DNA from: an uncultured delta proteobacterium | Lineage (GTDB): Bacteria > Desulfobacterota > Binatia > UBA9968 | Direction of reading: 5' to 3' | NCBI GenBank assembly: GCA_963728565.1 | Contig: CAVSLC010000013.1 | Coordinates: 96,001 to 160,000 of the forward strand | DNA: 64,000 nt | Part shown: positions 29,523 to 40,301 of the stretch, piece by piece | Layout of the letters: each line of letters begins with the position of its first letter | How positions within the stretch are numbered: the stretch's first letter is position 1 | Translations under genes and position numbers: made by a program | Notes under the pieces: generated by a model | The model's database searches: none | What the model saw: the letters and a program-made list of their open reading frames with translations, nothing else | What the model was told of the DNA's origin: nothing

Positions 29523-31481
29523 TCATATCTCAGAAGCCGGTTTGCACATCGGCCAGATTGTAACCAGCGTCCCAAAAGCGATCACGAAACCGCCGATCCA
29601 CATCCACACGACCAACGGTCGCACCAATACTTTCAACGTCGCCTGGTTTTTATCGAGGTCGCTGAAACCGGATAAGATCAAATAAATATCCTCACTGGCG
29701 CTGCTGCGATGCACTGCCCGTCCGATGGGCGATTGCTGGCTCGGGAAAAACTTGAGAGCCGGGGCTAACAGTCCGATGTCGGAGCCTTGCTTCAGCACTC
29801 GAAAGGCACCTTCGACACGGTAGTGGGTCGGCTGTTGCGCGCCGCGCAGCCCCTCAAAACGAATCTGATAATTTCCGATCGAAAGACTTTCATTAAGCCC
29901 AAGCGTTGCTTCGCGTTCTCTGCTGTAGGTCATGGAACCGGCAATGCCCATGATGATTAACACCACACCCAAATGTACAACTAAGCCGCCATAGCGTCTT
30001 TGATTGCGCCGTGTGAGGGTAATCAGGCCGCGAATGATGCCTTCATTGGCAAGCCGGCGCCGCGCCCGTAGGGCAAGAGCAGTGTCATAAACAATCGTCA
30101 TGACAACGAAGGCGAGCAAGGTAAAGCCGAGCAGCGGAAGGAATTCTTTCACTTTCCAGACGAACAAAAATAAAGCGAAGATGAGCGAGCCGATTGCCGG
30201 CGCGAGAAAGTTGCGCTTTAGATTGTCCCAAGATGCCCGTCGCCAGGCGATGATCGGACCGACGCCCATGAGAAACACCATGAAGAGAAAAAGAGGGATC
30301 GTAACTGAATTGAAATAGGGCGCGCCGACGCTGACTTGCACCCCGGCAACCGCTTCGGATAACAGCGGAAAGATGGTGCCAAGAAAGATCGTAAAGAGAG
30401 CGGAAACCAGCACGATGTTGTTTAACAGGAACGCCGATTCCCGGCTGATCATCGAGTCCAGTTCAGGCTGCTCTTTCAACATATCAGAGCGGTAGGCGAG
30501 CAATCCGAACGAAGCTAATAAGACGAAGGCGAGAAAGCCCAGGAAAAAAATTCCAACCGGTCCGGAAGAGAACGCGTGGATCGATGAAAGAATTCCGGAG
30601 CGGGTGAGAAATGTTCCGAAGATTGTCAGGCTGAAGGCGATGATGATCAAGGAAAGATTCCACACTTTAAGCATCCGGCGCCGCTCCTGAACCTGAATCG
30701 AATGTAAGAATGCCGTGGCCGGCAACCAGGGCATGAACGCGGCATTCTCGACCGGGTCCCATGCCCAATAACCGCCCCAACCCAAGACATGGTAGGACCA
30801 CCACGCGCCAACCAGATTTCCGGCGGTCAGAAAGAACCACGCGATGATGGTCCAGCGTCGGGTTGTGGTGATCCATGCTTCGTCTAATTTACCGACGATC
30901 AGCGCCGCTATAGCAAAGGCGAAAGGCACCGTCAGGCCGACGAAGCCGGTGTAGAGCAGCGGCGGATGAGTCATCATGTTGGCGTCTTCCAGGAGCGGAT
31001 TTAAACCGCGGCCGTCGGCGGGCACTGGAGAGATGGTTTCGAACGGATTGGAAATAAAGGCGATGACCGCCAGAAAGAAGAAGGAAACAATTGAGAAGAC
31101 CATAAGCACCCATGGCAAGGTCTCCTTGTGGCGGCCGCGATAGATCCACGCAACCAGCCCGGAAAAGATTATTAGAATCCATTCCCAAAGCAGCAGAGAA
31201 CCTTCCAGGGCGCCCCATAATCCGGTTACGCGGTAATAAATCGGCGTCGCCCGAGTGGTGTTGAACGCAACATAGCGAATGGAGAAATCCGTCGAGACCA
31301 ATGCATAAATCAGTGCCGAGGCGGCGACTGTCACAAAAGCGAATTGCACCGAAATGGCGCGACCAATGACAGACGCATACCTTGCGTGACGGCCGCGTGA
31401 AGAAAGTATCGGCGCGACGATTCCGGCGGCGGCAGCTACCAGGGCGATCAGGACACTGATATAGCCGATGGTTGCGGTCAC
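29523..31481 (-). CDS. ccmF: Heme lyase CcmF
   Basis: EGSLLLW, HPPLLY, WGGYWAWDPVEN, TRSG..SIHAF. Confidence 0.97.
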   Translation of the reverse strand: MTATIGYISVLIALVAAAAGIVAPILSSRGRHARYASVIGRAISVQFAFVTVAASALIYALVSTDFSIRYVAFNTTRATPIYYRVTGLWGALEGSLLLWEWILIIFSGLVAWIYRGRHKETLPWVLMVFSIVSFFFLAVIAFISNPFETISPVPADGRGLNPLLEDANMMTHPPLLYTGFVGLTVPFAFAIAALIVGKLDEAWITTTRRWTIIAWFFLTAGNLVGAWWSYHVLGWGGYWAWDPVENAAFMPWLPATAFLHSIQVQERRRMLKVWNLSLIIIAFSLTIFGTFLTRSGILSSIHAFSSGPVGIFFLGFLAFVLLASFGLLAYRSDMLKEQPELDSMISRESAFLLNNIVLVSALFTIFLGTIFPLLSEAVAGVQVSVGAPYFNSVTIPLFLFMVFLMGVGPIIAWRRASWDNLKRNFLAPAIGSLIFALFLFVWKVKEFLPLLGFTLLAFVVMTIVYDTALALRARRRLANEGIIRGLITLTRRNQRRYGGLVVHLGVVLIIMGIAGSMTYSREREATLGLNESLSIGNYQIRFEGLRGAQQPTHYRVEGAFRVLKQGSDIGLLAPALKFFPSQQSPIGRAVHRSSASEDIYLILSGFSDLDKNQATLKVLVRPLVVWMWIGGFVIAFGTLVTIWPMCKPASEI

Positions 31482-31921
31482 TTCGCTGTGTATTCCTTAG
31501 CCGGGACGAAACTATTCGGCGTGCCTTGACCGCTCTCGTGCGGGCTGTACTCTTCGGCATGCTTGGCCATGATGGTTGACGCCTGAAACACTCCGTCCTT
31601 GCCAACGCGGCCTTCGACCACCGCGCCTGTTCCCTCTCTAAAGAGGTCCGGTGGCACTCCACGAAAAAAGACCGGGAACGTGCTGGTGCCATCTGTGAGT
31701 TCAAAATTGTAGGTGAGATTCTTTACGTCTTTCTGCAGTGATCCTTTAACGACCATGCCGCCCATCCGCAAAAACTTGTCCGCCGAGGATGTTTCCTTGG
31801 CCTTCAGTTCGGAGGGGGTGACGAAATAAACCAACGCCTGCTGCATGCCGCCGTAGATGACATAGGACAGCGTCGCAAGTATTATGATCGCGCCGATCAG
31901 AAAACGTCTATTTTTTGCCAT
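31478..31921 (-). CDS. ccmE: Heme chaperone CcmE (His type)
   Basis: YFVTPSE, PDLFREG, AKHAEEY (HxxxY). Confidence 0.96.
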   Translation of the reverse strand: MAKNRRFLIGAIIILATLSYVIYGGMQQALVYFVTPSELKAKETSSADKFLRMGGMVVKGSLQKDVKNLTYNFELTDGTSTFPVFFRGVPPDLFREGTGAVVEGRVGKDGVFQASTIMAKHAEEYSPHESGQGTPNSFVPAKEYTAK

Positions 31922-32063
31922 AAGCAGAAGACTCCTCAGTTGCCCGCAGCTGCATCAGCTCCTCTTCGGCGCATCGATACCGGCGCTTCAGGGCAAATAG
32001 GTAAATCATAATGAAGGCCCAAACAATGCCATATGCTAGAAAGACAAATCCCCAAGAGCCCAC
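31908..32063 (-). CDS. ccmD: Heme exporter protein CcmD (not in the ORF track)
   Basis: GTG start; MGSWGFVFLAYGIVWAFIMIYLFALKRRYRCAEEELMQLRATEESSAYGKK, one TM plus a charged tail, between ccmC and ccmE. Confidence 0.85.
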   Translation of the reverse strand: MGSWGFVFLAYGIVWAFIMIYLFALKRRYRCAEEELMQLRATEESSAYGKK

Positions 32064-32770
32064 TAATAGGCTCCTTGGTTAAGCCGGCGAGCCTTGATTT
32101 CGCTGCGAACTTCACCGAGGCGCAGACGAAGCGAAAGAAGATAAAAATAGAGCAGAAGGAATCCGACAAAATTGATCGCTAGCGCAGTCAGCATTGCCGG
32201 ATGAACATTCTCCCATGGAAGCTTATCAGGACGGAGGATCGAAGGCGGCTGATGCAGGGTGCGCCACCAGTACACCGACATATGGATCAATGGAATGTCG
32301 AGAAAACCGATGATGCCAAGAATGGCGGCGGATAAAGCGGCCCGATCTTCATCGTCGATCAGAGAGCGAAGCATCAAATATCCGCTATAAATCAAGAGTA
32401 GAATGGCCGTTAACGTCAAGCGGGCATCCCAGGTCCACCAGACGCCCCAGGTCGGCTTGCCCCAGATTGAGCCCTCGATGATAGTCAATGCGGTGAAAAG
32501 AACGCCGAGTTCAGCGGCCGAATGAGCTAGATTATCATCGCGCTTTTCACGTTTCCATAAGTATAGGCAGCTACCAATAAAAACCAGGAAGAAGGAAAGG
32601 TAGGCGGTAAGAATGCTCGGCAAATGAAGATACATGATGCGCTGGACATCGCCCTGAAGGGCATCACGCGGCGCTTGTACAAGCGCCCAGTAGAGCCCAA
32701 GCGCAATCATGATCAGCGCTAAAGCGCCGAGGAGCCCCGCGCCGCGTTTTTGTGACTGCTCTTTTTTCAT
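32063..32770 (-). CDS. ccmC: Heme exporter protein CcmC
   Basis: RIMYLHLP, WGKPTWGVWWTWDARLT, SVYWWRTLHQ. Confidence 0.97.
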   Translation of the reverse strand: MKKEQSQKRGAGLLGALALIMIALGLYWALVQAPRDALQGDVQRIMYLHLPSILTAYLSFFLVFIGSCLYLWKREKRDDNLAHSAAELGVLFTALTIIEGSIWGKPTWGVWWTWDARLTLTAILLLIYSGYLMLRSLIDDEDRAALSAAILGIIGFLDIPLIHMSVYWWRTLHQPPSILRPDKLPWENVHPAMLTALAINFVGFLLLYFYLLSLRLRLGEVRSEIKARRLNQGAY

Positions 32771-33447
32771 CAGATTTCGATCACCCAGTCGAATACCAGC
32801 ACTCCCAAGGTCAGAAATATCACATCAAATCCGATAAGAAGACGCAACCACGGAAGCGCGTCGCCGATCTCGCCGGCCCGAAGCACAGCTCCCAAGCACT
32901 GGATGGTTGCCAGAATGACCGGAATCATCAGCGGAAAAAGCACCAACGGCAGCAGCAGCTCGCGAGCCCGGGCGCGTAAGGTCAACGCCGACATGACGGT
33001 GCCCAGCACGCAAAAACCTACGGTTCCCAATAAGGCGATCAAGACAACCTGCGGCACTAAACCCCATGTTTGCAGATTAAATAGTATCCAGAACAGCGGG
33101 ATGATGACGAGCTCGACAAGCAGCATCAATATAAAGTTCAAACAGACTTTGGCCAGAAAGAGCGCGCCGCGGTCGAGAGGCGAAAGCAACAACGCATCGA
33201 GACATTGATTCTCCCGCTCGGCGCCAAACAGTTGGGCGAGTCCTAAGGTTCCGGTGAACAGAAATGCGAGCCACAGGAGACCAGGGGCCATTTCCGAAAC
33301 TCTATCCGGCACCAGATCGAAGGAGAGATGAAAAACGAAGAGCAGGAGGGTGCCAAAGAAAAACATAGTCAGCAGGCTGTCGCGGCGGCGCAATTGCAAA
33401 ACCAGGTCTTTGCGCAGGACGAGATAGGTTTCTCGAAGCAGCTTCAT
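32770..33447 (-). CDS. ccmB: Heme exporter protein CcmB
   Basis: PGLLWLA, ERENQCLDALLL, LLPLVLFPLMIP; 6 TM. Confidence 0.95.
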   Translation of the reverse strand: MKLLRETYLVLRKDLVLQLRRRDSLLTMFFFGTLLLFVFHLSFDLVPDRVSEMAPGLLWLAFLFTGTLGLAQLFGAERENQCLDALLLSPLDRGALFLAKVCLNFILMLLVELVIIPLFWILFNLQTWGLVPQVVLIALLGTVGFCVLGTVMSALTLRARARELLLPLVLFPLMIPVILATIQCLGAVLRAGEIGDALPWLRLLIGFDVIFLTLGVLVFDWVIEI

Positions 33448-34151
33448 GCTTCTCCATGCGGCAAAAATTCCCGGAAAGCCTGGTCGAAATCGGGCCAGGG
33501 TTGTTGGCGCGGCGCGTTGAAAGTCATTCGCCCCTGGTGGAGGATGATCGCGCGACTACAGATCTTCAGTACGCGCGAAACATGATGCGATGCCAGAATC
33601 ACAAGATTGCCTTTCCGGCAATGGGCCTTGAGAAATTCTTCGAGCAGATCAACGCCGCTGCCATCGAGCACGCCATAAGGTTCGTCGAGCAACAGCAGTC
33701 CCGGTTTGAGCAAATCCCATTTGGCTATCGAGAGGCGGCACTTCATCCCGCTCGATAGTGTCGATACGAATTCGTCGGCTCGGTCGCTGAGATCCACCGA
33801 TAAGAGCGCCGATCTGATATTAGCGGCATCGTGTTTCCGTCCATACAACGAGGTGAAAAACTCCAGGTTTTCACTCACGGTAAGATCTTCATAAAGATGG
33901 GCAGCCGGCGCAAGTAGGCCGATCTGAGCTCGCAACGATCCATTGGCGCGTGACAATGGCATACAGTCAAGCTCAATCTTTCCAAGGCTCGGCGGGGTCA
34001 GGCCGGCGATTAGTTTTAGTAGGGTGGTCTTACCGGCACCGTTGGGTCCGAGTAGAGCGACGAGTTCGCCTGGCACGAGATCCAAGTTCAGGTCCCGTAG
34101 CGCCCAGAAAAAACCGTAAGCCTTGGACAACTTCTTAACCGTCAAACGCAA
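33444..34151 (-). CDS. ccmA: Heme ABC exporter ATP-binding protein CcmA
   Basis: GPNGAGKT, LSSGM signature, LLLLDEP, SH; first gene of the ccm operon. Confidence 0.92.
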   Translation of the reverse strand: MRLTVKKLSKAYGFFWALRDLNLDLVPGELVALLGPNGAGKTTLLKLIAGLTPPSLGKIELDCMPLSRANGSLRAQIGLLAPAAHLYEDLTVSENLEFFTSLYGRKHDAANIRSALLSVDLSDRADEFVSTLSSGMKCRLSIAKWDLLKPGLLLLDEPYGVLDGSGVDLLEEFLKAHCRKGNLVILASHHVSRVLKICSRAIILHQGRMTFNAPRQQPWPDFDQAFREFLPHGEA

Positions 34152-34329
34152 CGGAGTACCTGAAAGGAGTGCCGCGAATTCATTGGAGTTGATCGAATAT
34201 AGTGATCGCCGATCAAGGATTCAAGACTGTTTCGGACTGCGTCTGTCGTGGAGAAGTCGATTGACGATTTTCACCGATGTCGCCTATGTGTTAGAGTCGC
34301 GCGAATTCGAGCGACAATGAGGAGGAGTT

Positions 34330-35025
34330 ATGAACCCCGTGGTTACCGTGACCGGCGCCTGGAACGCCTTTGCGACTAAGATCGCTGCATTCCTGCCTGA
34401 TCTTATCGCAGCCATTTTCATCGTCGTATTTGGTTGGATTCTCTGTAACATCATCAAACGCATTGTCATTCGTGTTCTTCGCCTGGTTCATTTTGACACC
34501 GTCGCTGAACGCGCCGGCATAAAGCAAATTCTCGAACGCGGTGGAATTCAGCAGAGCCCCTCCGAAATTCTCGGCCTACTATTCTTCTGGTTCCTCTTTC
34601 TGATCGTGATCGTGGCGACCTTGGAAACGCTCAATCTTAGCGGCGCCACCGATACACTCAACGCTATCTATCTGTATCTCCCGAAGATTGCGGCGGCAAT
34701 CGTCATGTTGATTCTTGGCCTTTATTTCGCAAATTTTCTAGAAACCGTCACTCGAACTTCCTGCGCTAACGCCGGGTTGGAGCAGGCTGGCTCCATCGGG
34801 CGCGCCGCTTACGTCATTACAACAATATTTGTCGTTGCCGGCATTTTTGAAATCCTCGATATCGCCTCCGAGATTGTTATTTGGGCCTTTATTCTAGTCT
34901 TCGGCGCGGTTTGCCTGGCCTTGGCTTTAGCCTTCGGTTTGGGCGGTAGAGAGGTTGCCGGCCGTTACCTGGAAAAATGGTTGGAACAGAAAGATAACGA
35001 TAAGACGAAATTGATGCAGCCATGA
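34330..35025 (+). CDS. Conserved TM-helix repeat protein (CmpX/MscS N-terminal-like)
   Basis: Two copies of [FY]LPxxxAA followed by a hydrophobic helix; C-terminal ALALAFGLGGRE; strong AGGAGG RBS. Confidence 0.85.
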   Translation: MNPVVTVTGAWNAFATKIAAFLPDLIAAIFIVVFGWILCNIIKRIVIRVLRLVHFDTVAERAGIKQILERGGIQQSPSEILGLLFFWFLFLIVIVATLETLNLSGATDTLNAIYLYLPKIAAAIVMLILGLYFANFLETVTRTSCANAGLEQAGSIGRAAYVITTIFVVAGIFEILDIASEIVIWAFILVFGAVCLALALAFGLGGREVAGRYLEKWLEQKDNDKTKLMQP

Positions 35026-35197
35026 GATTCAAGTCGCGCGGCAATTCTCTCACTGTGGCCGGGCGCATGACCGTCTGGGTTCTGTAGGTTGGTTATTTGC
35101 GAATAACGAGTCTGAAAACTACTATCCGCAATCCTCAGAGTATTGATCGCCGCCCGGCTTTTGGGATTGACGCTTGCGTGGTTTGGTAGCCAATTCC

Positions 35198-35226
35198 TTG
35201 ACTCCCTCAATCCAATCAGATAACTT
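35198..35226 (+). promoter_or_regulatory. Putative sigma70 promoter for the icd operon
   Basis: TTGACT, 17 nt, TAACTT; GGGAGG RBS before icd. Confidence 0.45.
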
Positions 35227-35304
35227 CCAACCATTCAAAATTTTTCGAACAATGCCTAAGGGTTAGATTAAGCTCTTAGGCATTTTTACAGGTCGAGGGA
35301 GGCT

Positions 35305-36711
35305 ATGGCGGAATACAGAGTGGTAAAAGTCCCGAAGGACGGCGCGAAGATCACCATGGGAGCCAACAAGCAGCTTCAGGTTCCCGACAATCCGATCATT
35401 CCATTCATCGAAGGCGACGGCACCGGCCGCGATATCTGGCGCGCTTCCGTGCGCGTCTTTGATACAGCGGTGGAAAAGGCTTACCAGGGCAAGAAGAAAA
35501 TCCGTTGGATGGAAGTTTACGCCGGAGAAAAATCCTTTAAGCAGTACAATAGCTGGTTGCATGAGGAGACCGTGCCGGCGTTTTCCGAGTTTCTCGTTGG
35601 CATCAAGGGGCCGCTGACGACTCCCATTGGCGGCGGTATGACTTCGCTAAACGTCGGACTGCGCAAGCTTCTCGATCTTTACGTCTGTCAGCGTCCGGTG
35701 CGTTATTTCAATGGTGTGCCTTCGCCGCTCAAGCATCCTGAATATGTCGATATGGTCGTGTTCCGTGAAAACACGGAGGATATCTACACCGGCATCGAGT
35801 TCCCCAACGGCACAGAAGCCAATGCCAAATTCAAATCGCTTCTCAAAGAGGCCTTTCCTAAAGAATTTGCCAAGATTCGCTTTCCCAATACCGCAGCGAT
35901 CGGCTTGAAGCCGGTATCGGTCGAAGGGACAGAGCGACTGGTGCGCGCAGCGATCCAATGGGCGCTCAAGAATAAGCGTAAGAACATCAATTTCGTCCAC
36001 AAGGGCAACATCATGAAATACACCGAAGGCGCTTTCGCGGAGTGGGGTTATGCGCTGGCCAAGCGTGAATTTCGCAATGATGTCGTGACCGAGCGCGAGT
36101 CGTGGATTCTGGGTAACAAGGAAGCCGATGCGAATGTCAGCGTGGAAAACAACGCCAAAATGATTGATCCGGGTTTCGACATGATGTCGCCGGCGCAGCA
36201 AAATGATATCAAGAAAGAAGTCGAAGAGGCGCTCAAACTTTGGCCGACCCATGGCGGCGGCAAGTGGAAATCGAAGCTCATGCTAAAAGACTCCATCGCC
36301 GACGTGACCCTGCAGTTCGTGCTGATCCGGCCCAAGGATTACGATGTGATTGCGACGATGAACTTGAACGGTGATTACCTCTCCGACGCGTTGGCAGCGC
36401 AAGTGGGCGGCATTGGCATCGCCCCAGGGGCGAATATCAATTATGACAGCGGCCATGCCGTGTTCGAAGCGACCCACGGAACGGCGCCAAAATACGCCGA
36501 TCTCGACAAAGTAAATCCAGGATCGGTCATTCTGTCCGGCGAGATGATGCTGCGTTACATGGGCTGGACGCAAGCCGCCGATCTGATCATTAAAGGCATC
36601 GAGGGTGCGGTTAACGCCAAAACAGTGACTTACGACTTTGAACGGCTGATGCCGGGCTCCAAGCTTGTGAGTTGCTCGGGGTTCGGCGACGCGATCATCG
36701 CCAATATGTGA
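35305..36711 (+). CDS. icd: NADP-dependent isocitrate dehydrogenase
   Basis: [47 protein letters not shown]. Confidence 0.97.
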   Translation: MAEYRVVKVPKDGAKITMGANKQLQVPDNPIIPFIEGDGTGRDIWRASVRVFDTAVEKAYQGKKKIRWMEVYAGEKSFKQYNSWLHEETVPAFSEFLVGIKGPLTTPIGGGMTSLNVGLRKLLDLYVCQRPVRYFNGVPSPLKHPEYVDMVVFRENTEDIYTGIEFPNGTEANAKFKSLLKEAFPKEFAKIRFPNTAAIGLKPVSVEGTERLVRAAIQWALKNKRKNINFVHKGNIMKYTEGAFAEWGYALAKREFRNDVVTERESWILGNKEADANVSVENNAKMIDPGFDMMSPAQQNDIKKEVEEALKLWPTHGGGKWKSKLMLKDSIADVTLQFVLIRPKDYDVIATMNLNGDYLSDALAAQVGGIGIAPGANINYDSGHAVFEATHGTAPKYADLDKVNPGSVILSGEMMLRYMGWTQAADLIIKGIEGAVNAKTVTYDFERLMPGSKLVSCSGFGDAIIANM

Positions 36712-36761
36712 GCGGCCAGGCAGGGCGAGTGCGAATCTGATCGAACCAATTTGAGGATTTT

Positions 36762-37706
36762 ATGGCTAGGAAGAAGATAGCGCTGATCGGTGCCGGAAAC
36801 ATCGGCGGTTCGATGGCCCACCTTTGTTTGCTCAAGGGTTTAGGTGATGTGGTTCTTTTCGATGTTGTAGAGGGATTGCCCCAGGGCAAGGCGCTCGACT
36901 TATCTCATGCCGGACCCGTCGAAGGCTTTGACGGCAACGTCCTTGGCACCAATACCTATGAAGATATTGCCGGCGCTGACGTTTGTATTGTCACGGCAGG
37001 AATTGCCCGGAAACCCGGCATGAGCCGCGATGATCTTCTCGGAACCAACGCCAAAATCCTTACGTCGGTTGCCGACGGAATAAAAAAACACGCCCCGAAT
37101 TCGCTGGTCATTGTTGTTACCAATCCGTTGGACGCGATGGTCACATTGATGAAGAGGGCCACCGGTTTTCCCAAAAACCGAGTTGTCGGGCAGTCCGGAA
37201 TCCTGGACTCCTCCCGTTACCGATCGTTCATTGCCCGTGAACTCAACATTTCAGTAAATAGCGTCGCCGCCATGGTATTAGGCGGTCACGGAGACGACAT
37301 GGTTCCGGTTCGCAGCACCTGTATTATCGGCGGCGTGCCAGTTGAAAAGCTGATTCCAAGCAAGCGACTCGAAGAGATCGAAGCCAGGGTGCGCAATGCC
37401 GGTGGCGAGGTGGTCGCATTGTTGAAGACCGGATCGGCTTATTTCTCACCGGCATCGGCTGCCATTCGCATGGCCGAAGCTTACCTGTTTGATAAAAAGG
37501 AAATTCTACCTTGCGCGGCGTTGCTCGATGGCGAGTACGGCGTCAACGGCTATTACTTCTGTGTTCCGGTGATCCTTGGCGCCGGCGGCGTCGAAAAGAT
37601 CATCGAAATCGATTTGCACGCGGCGGATAGAAAAGCATTCGACGAGTCGCTGAATCACGTTAAAGATATTGTTCAAGCAATGGACCGTGTGTTGGGCACT
37701 GCTTGA
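36762..37706 (+). CDS. mdh: Malate dehydrogenase (LDH-like)
   Basis: [26 protein letters not shown]. Confidence 0.97.
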   Translation: MARKKIALIGAGNIGGSMAHLCLLKGLGDVVLFDVVEGLPQGKALDLSHAGPVEGFDGNVLGTNTYEDIAGADVCIVTAGIARKPGMSRDDLLGTNAKILTSVADGIKKHAPNSLVIVVTNPLDAMVTLMKRATGFPKNRVVGQSGILDSSRYRSFIARELNISVNSVAAMVLGGHGDDMVPVRSTCIIGGVPVEKLIPSKRLEEIEARVRNAGGEVVALLKTGSAYFSPASAAIRMAEAYLFDKKEILPCAALLDGEYGVNGYYFCVPVILGAGGVEKIIEIDLHAADRKAFDESLNHVKDIVQAMDRVLGTA

Positions 37707-37788
37707 TCGTTGTTTGCGAGTCAAACGACAAGGAGGCCCTGAGACTCATAAATAGTCTTGGGGTCTCGTTTTGTTGCGGGCTTTGCCT

Positions 37789-38955
37789 ATGAATATTCAC
37801 GAATATCAAGCCAAAGAGATTCTCAAGGGGTACGGCGTTGCGGTTCCCCGGGGCCAAGTTGCCGAAACGCCGGAAGAGGCCAAAGCGGCGGCAATTAGGC
37901 TTGGCGGTGGCACCTGTGTCGTTAAAGCTCAGATTCATGCCGGCGGGCGCGGCAAAGCGGGCGGCGTGAAGCTGGCGCGCAACCCTGAAGAGGCCGAACA
38001 AAAAGCTCGTGAAATGATCGGCAGAAATCTCGTCACCCATCAAACGGGACCAGAAGGCCGTCAGGTTAGGCGCGTGCTGATCGAAGAGGGGTTGAACATT
38101 GACCGTGAGCTCTACCTCGCTCTGGTTCTCGATCGCGCCGAGTCGCGAGTTTCGATGATCTGCTCTTCCGAAGGCGGCGTCGAGATCGAAGAGGTCGCCG
38201 AAAAACATCCCGAAAAGATCTTGAAAGAGACCATCGATCCGGTGATCGGCCTGGCGGGTTTTCAATGCCGGCGGCTTGCCTATGGTCTCAACATACCGGG
38301 TGAGCTGGTCGGCAAAATGACCGCTGTCATGCAAGCCCTGTATCGCGCCTTTGACGACGCCGATTGTTCGATCGCTGAGATAAACCCTCTAATCATAACT
38401 AAAGAGGGTCAGGTCATGGCATTGGACGCTAAGATGAACTTCGATAGCAATGCGCTCTATCGGCATAAGGATATCGTCGCGCTGCGTGATCTGAACGAGG
38501 AGGACCCGCGCGAAATCGAAGCAAGCAAGTTTGAGCTCTCCTATATCTCCTTGGATGGTAATATCGCTTGCATGGTTAACGGCGCCGGCCTCGCGATGGC
38601 GACCATGGATATCATCAAGCTGTGCGGTGGCGAGCCGGCGAATTTTTTGGATGTGGGCGGCGGCGCTTCCAAAGAAAAAGTTGCACAGGCCTTTAAGATT
38701 CTCCTTGCCGATCCTCGAGTGCGCGGCGTTCTGATCAATATTTTCGGTGGCATCATGCGCTGCGATGTGCTGGCTCAGGGTATCGTCGATGCGGCTCATG
38801 AGATGAACATTCAAGTGCCTCTGGTGGTGCGGATGGAGGGCACCAATGTCGCTCAGGGCAAGAAGATTCTCGCCGATTCAGGTATGGCGATCATCCCTGC
38901 CGAAACGATGGCGCAAGCGGCCGTAAAAATCGTTGCCGCTGTGGAGAAGCGATAG
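37789..38955 (+). CDS. sucC: Succinyl-CoA synthetase beta subunit
   Basis: Starts MNIHEYQ; [32 protein letters not shown]. Confidence 0.97.
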   Translation: MNIHEYQAKEILKGYGVAVPRGQVAETPEEAKAAAIRLGGGTCVVKAQIHAGGRGKAGGVKLARNPEEAEQKAREMIGRNLVTHQTGPEGRQVRRVLIEEGLNIDRELYLALVLDRAESRVSMICSSEGGVEIEEVAEKHPEKILKETIDPVIGLAGFQCRRLAYGLNIPGELVGKMTAVMQALYRAFDDADCSIAEINPLIITKEGQVMALDAKMNFDSNALYRHKDIVALRDLNEEDPREIEASKFELSYISLDGNIACMVNGAGLAMATMDIIKLCGGEPANFLDVGGGASKEKVAQAFKILLADPRVRGVLINIFGGIMRCDVLAQGIVDAAHEMNIQVPLVVRMEGTNVAQGKKILADSGMAIIPAETMAQAAVKIVAAVEKR

Positions 38956-38974
38956 TCTCTCAGGTAATCGTTAA

Positions 38975-39850
38975 ATGGCGATTCTGGTAAACAAGCAGAC
39001 CCGAGTATTGACCCAGGGGATCACCGGCGCCACCGGCCAATTTCATACCACAGCATGCAAAGAATACGGCACTCAGATGGTCGGCGGCGTGACCCCCGGC
39101 AAAGGCGGCACCAGCTATGACGGGATACCCATATTCGATACAGTTGCCCAGGCGGTAGCCGAGACGGCAGCGAATGCCACGGTCATCTATGTGCCGCCGC
39201 CGTTTGCCGCCGATGCGATTCTCGAGGCTGCTGATTCCGGCATCCCGTTGATCATCTGTATCACCGAAGGCGTGCCCGTGCGCGACATGGTACGAGTCAA
39301 ACGGTACCTGACCGGTAAGAGCTCGCAGCTATTAGGACCCAATTGTCCCGGCGTGATTACACCCGGCGAGTGTAAGATCGGCATCATGCCCGGGCATATT
39401 CATCGACAGGGGAGCATCGGTGTGGTTTCGCGCAGCGGCACCCTGACTTATGAGGCTGTCGATCAGTTGACCCGTCTAGGCCTGGGACAATCGACCTGTG
39501 TAGGAATTGGCGGTGATCCTGTGCATGGTTTTGAATTCGTCGATGTGCTGGACCTGTTTAATCGCGATCCGGGCACTGAAGCCGTCGTCATGATCGGCGA
39601 GATCGGCGGCAGCGCGGAAGAAGAAGCTGCCGCGTGGATCAAAGCCAACATGAAAAAACCAGTGATCGGCTTTATCGCCGGTCAAACTGCGCCGCCGGGC
39701 AAGAGAATGGGACACGCCGGGGCAATTATCTCCGGAGGCAAGGGTACCGCCCGCGAAAAGATTGAGGCGATGAAAGCGGCAGGGATCAGAATCTCGGACT
39801 CGCCGGCAACCATCGGCCAAACAATGCAGGAGGCTCTAACGAAATCATGA
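38975..39850 (+). CDS. sucD: Succinyl-CoA synthetase alpha subunit
   Basis: [27 protein letters not shown]. Confidence 0.97.
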   Translation: MAILVNKQTRVLTQGITGATGQFHTTACKEYGTQMVGGVTPGKGGTSYDGIPIFDTVAQAVAETAANATVIYVPPPFAADAILEAADSGIPLIICITEGVPVRDMVRVKRYLTGKSSQLLGPNCPGVITPGECKIGIMPGHIHRQGSIGVVSRSGTLTYEAVDQLTRLGLGQSTCVGIGGDPVHGFEFVDVLDLFNRDPGTEAVVMIGEIGGSAEEEAAAWIKANMKKPVIGFIAGQTAPPGKRMGHAGAIISGGKGTAREKIEAMKAAGIRISDSPATIGQTMQEALTKS

Positions 39851-40275
39851 CTGAAGTAACGCTGTCGATTATCAAACCCGACGCGGTGCAGCGAAATCTC
39901 ATTGGCGAGATTCTCCGACGCTTTGAATCGGCCGGCTTGAAAGTGGTGGCGGGAAAGTTGCTCCGGCTCTCGCCGGAGCGCGCGCAGGCGTTCTATGCGG
40001 TGCACAAGGAGCGACCATTTTTTGCCGGCTTGTGCACGTACATGTCTTCCGGTCCAATTTTCGTCTCGGTACTCGAGGGCGAGGGCGCCATCGCCAAAAA
40101 CCGCGAGATCATGGGCGCCACCGACCCAGCTAAAGCCGCTCCAGGCACGATTCGCAAAGATTGCGGTACCGACGTCGAAGCCAATGCAGTGCACGGTTCC
40201 GATGGTCCGGAAACAGCCGCCGCTGAGATCGCTTTCTTTTTCAAACCGGAAGAGGTCTTTCGATCTTCGAAGTAA
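39847..40275 (+). CDS. ndk: Nucleoside diphosphate kinase
   Basis: IIKPD, HKERPFF, PGTIR, NAVHGSD. Confidence 0.97.
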   Translation: MTEVTLSIIKPDAVQRNLIGEILRRFESAGLKVVAGKLLRLSPERAQAFYAVHKERPFFAGLCTYMSSGPIFVSVLEGEGAIAKNREIMGATDPAKAAPGTIRKDCGTDVEANAVHGSDGPETAAAEIAFFFKPEEVFRSSK

Positions 40276-40301
40276 GCAATCTGCCGATTCACGAGCGCTC
40301 C

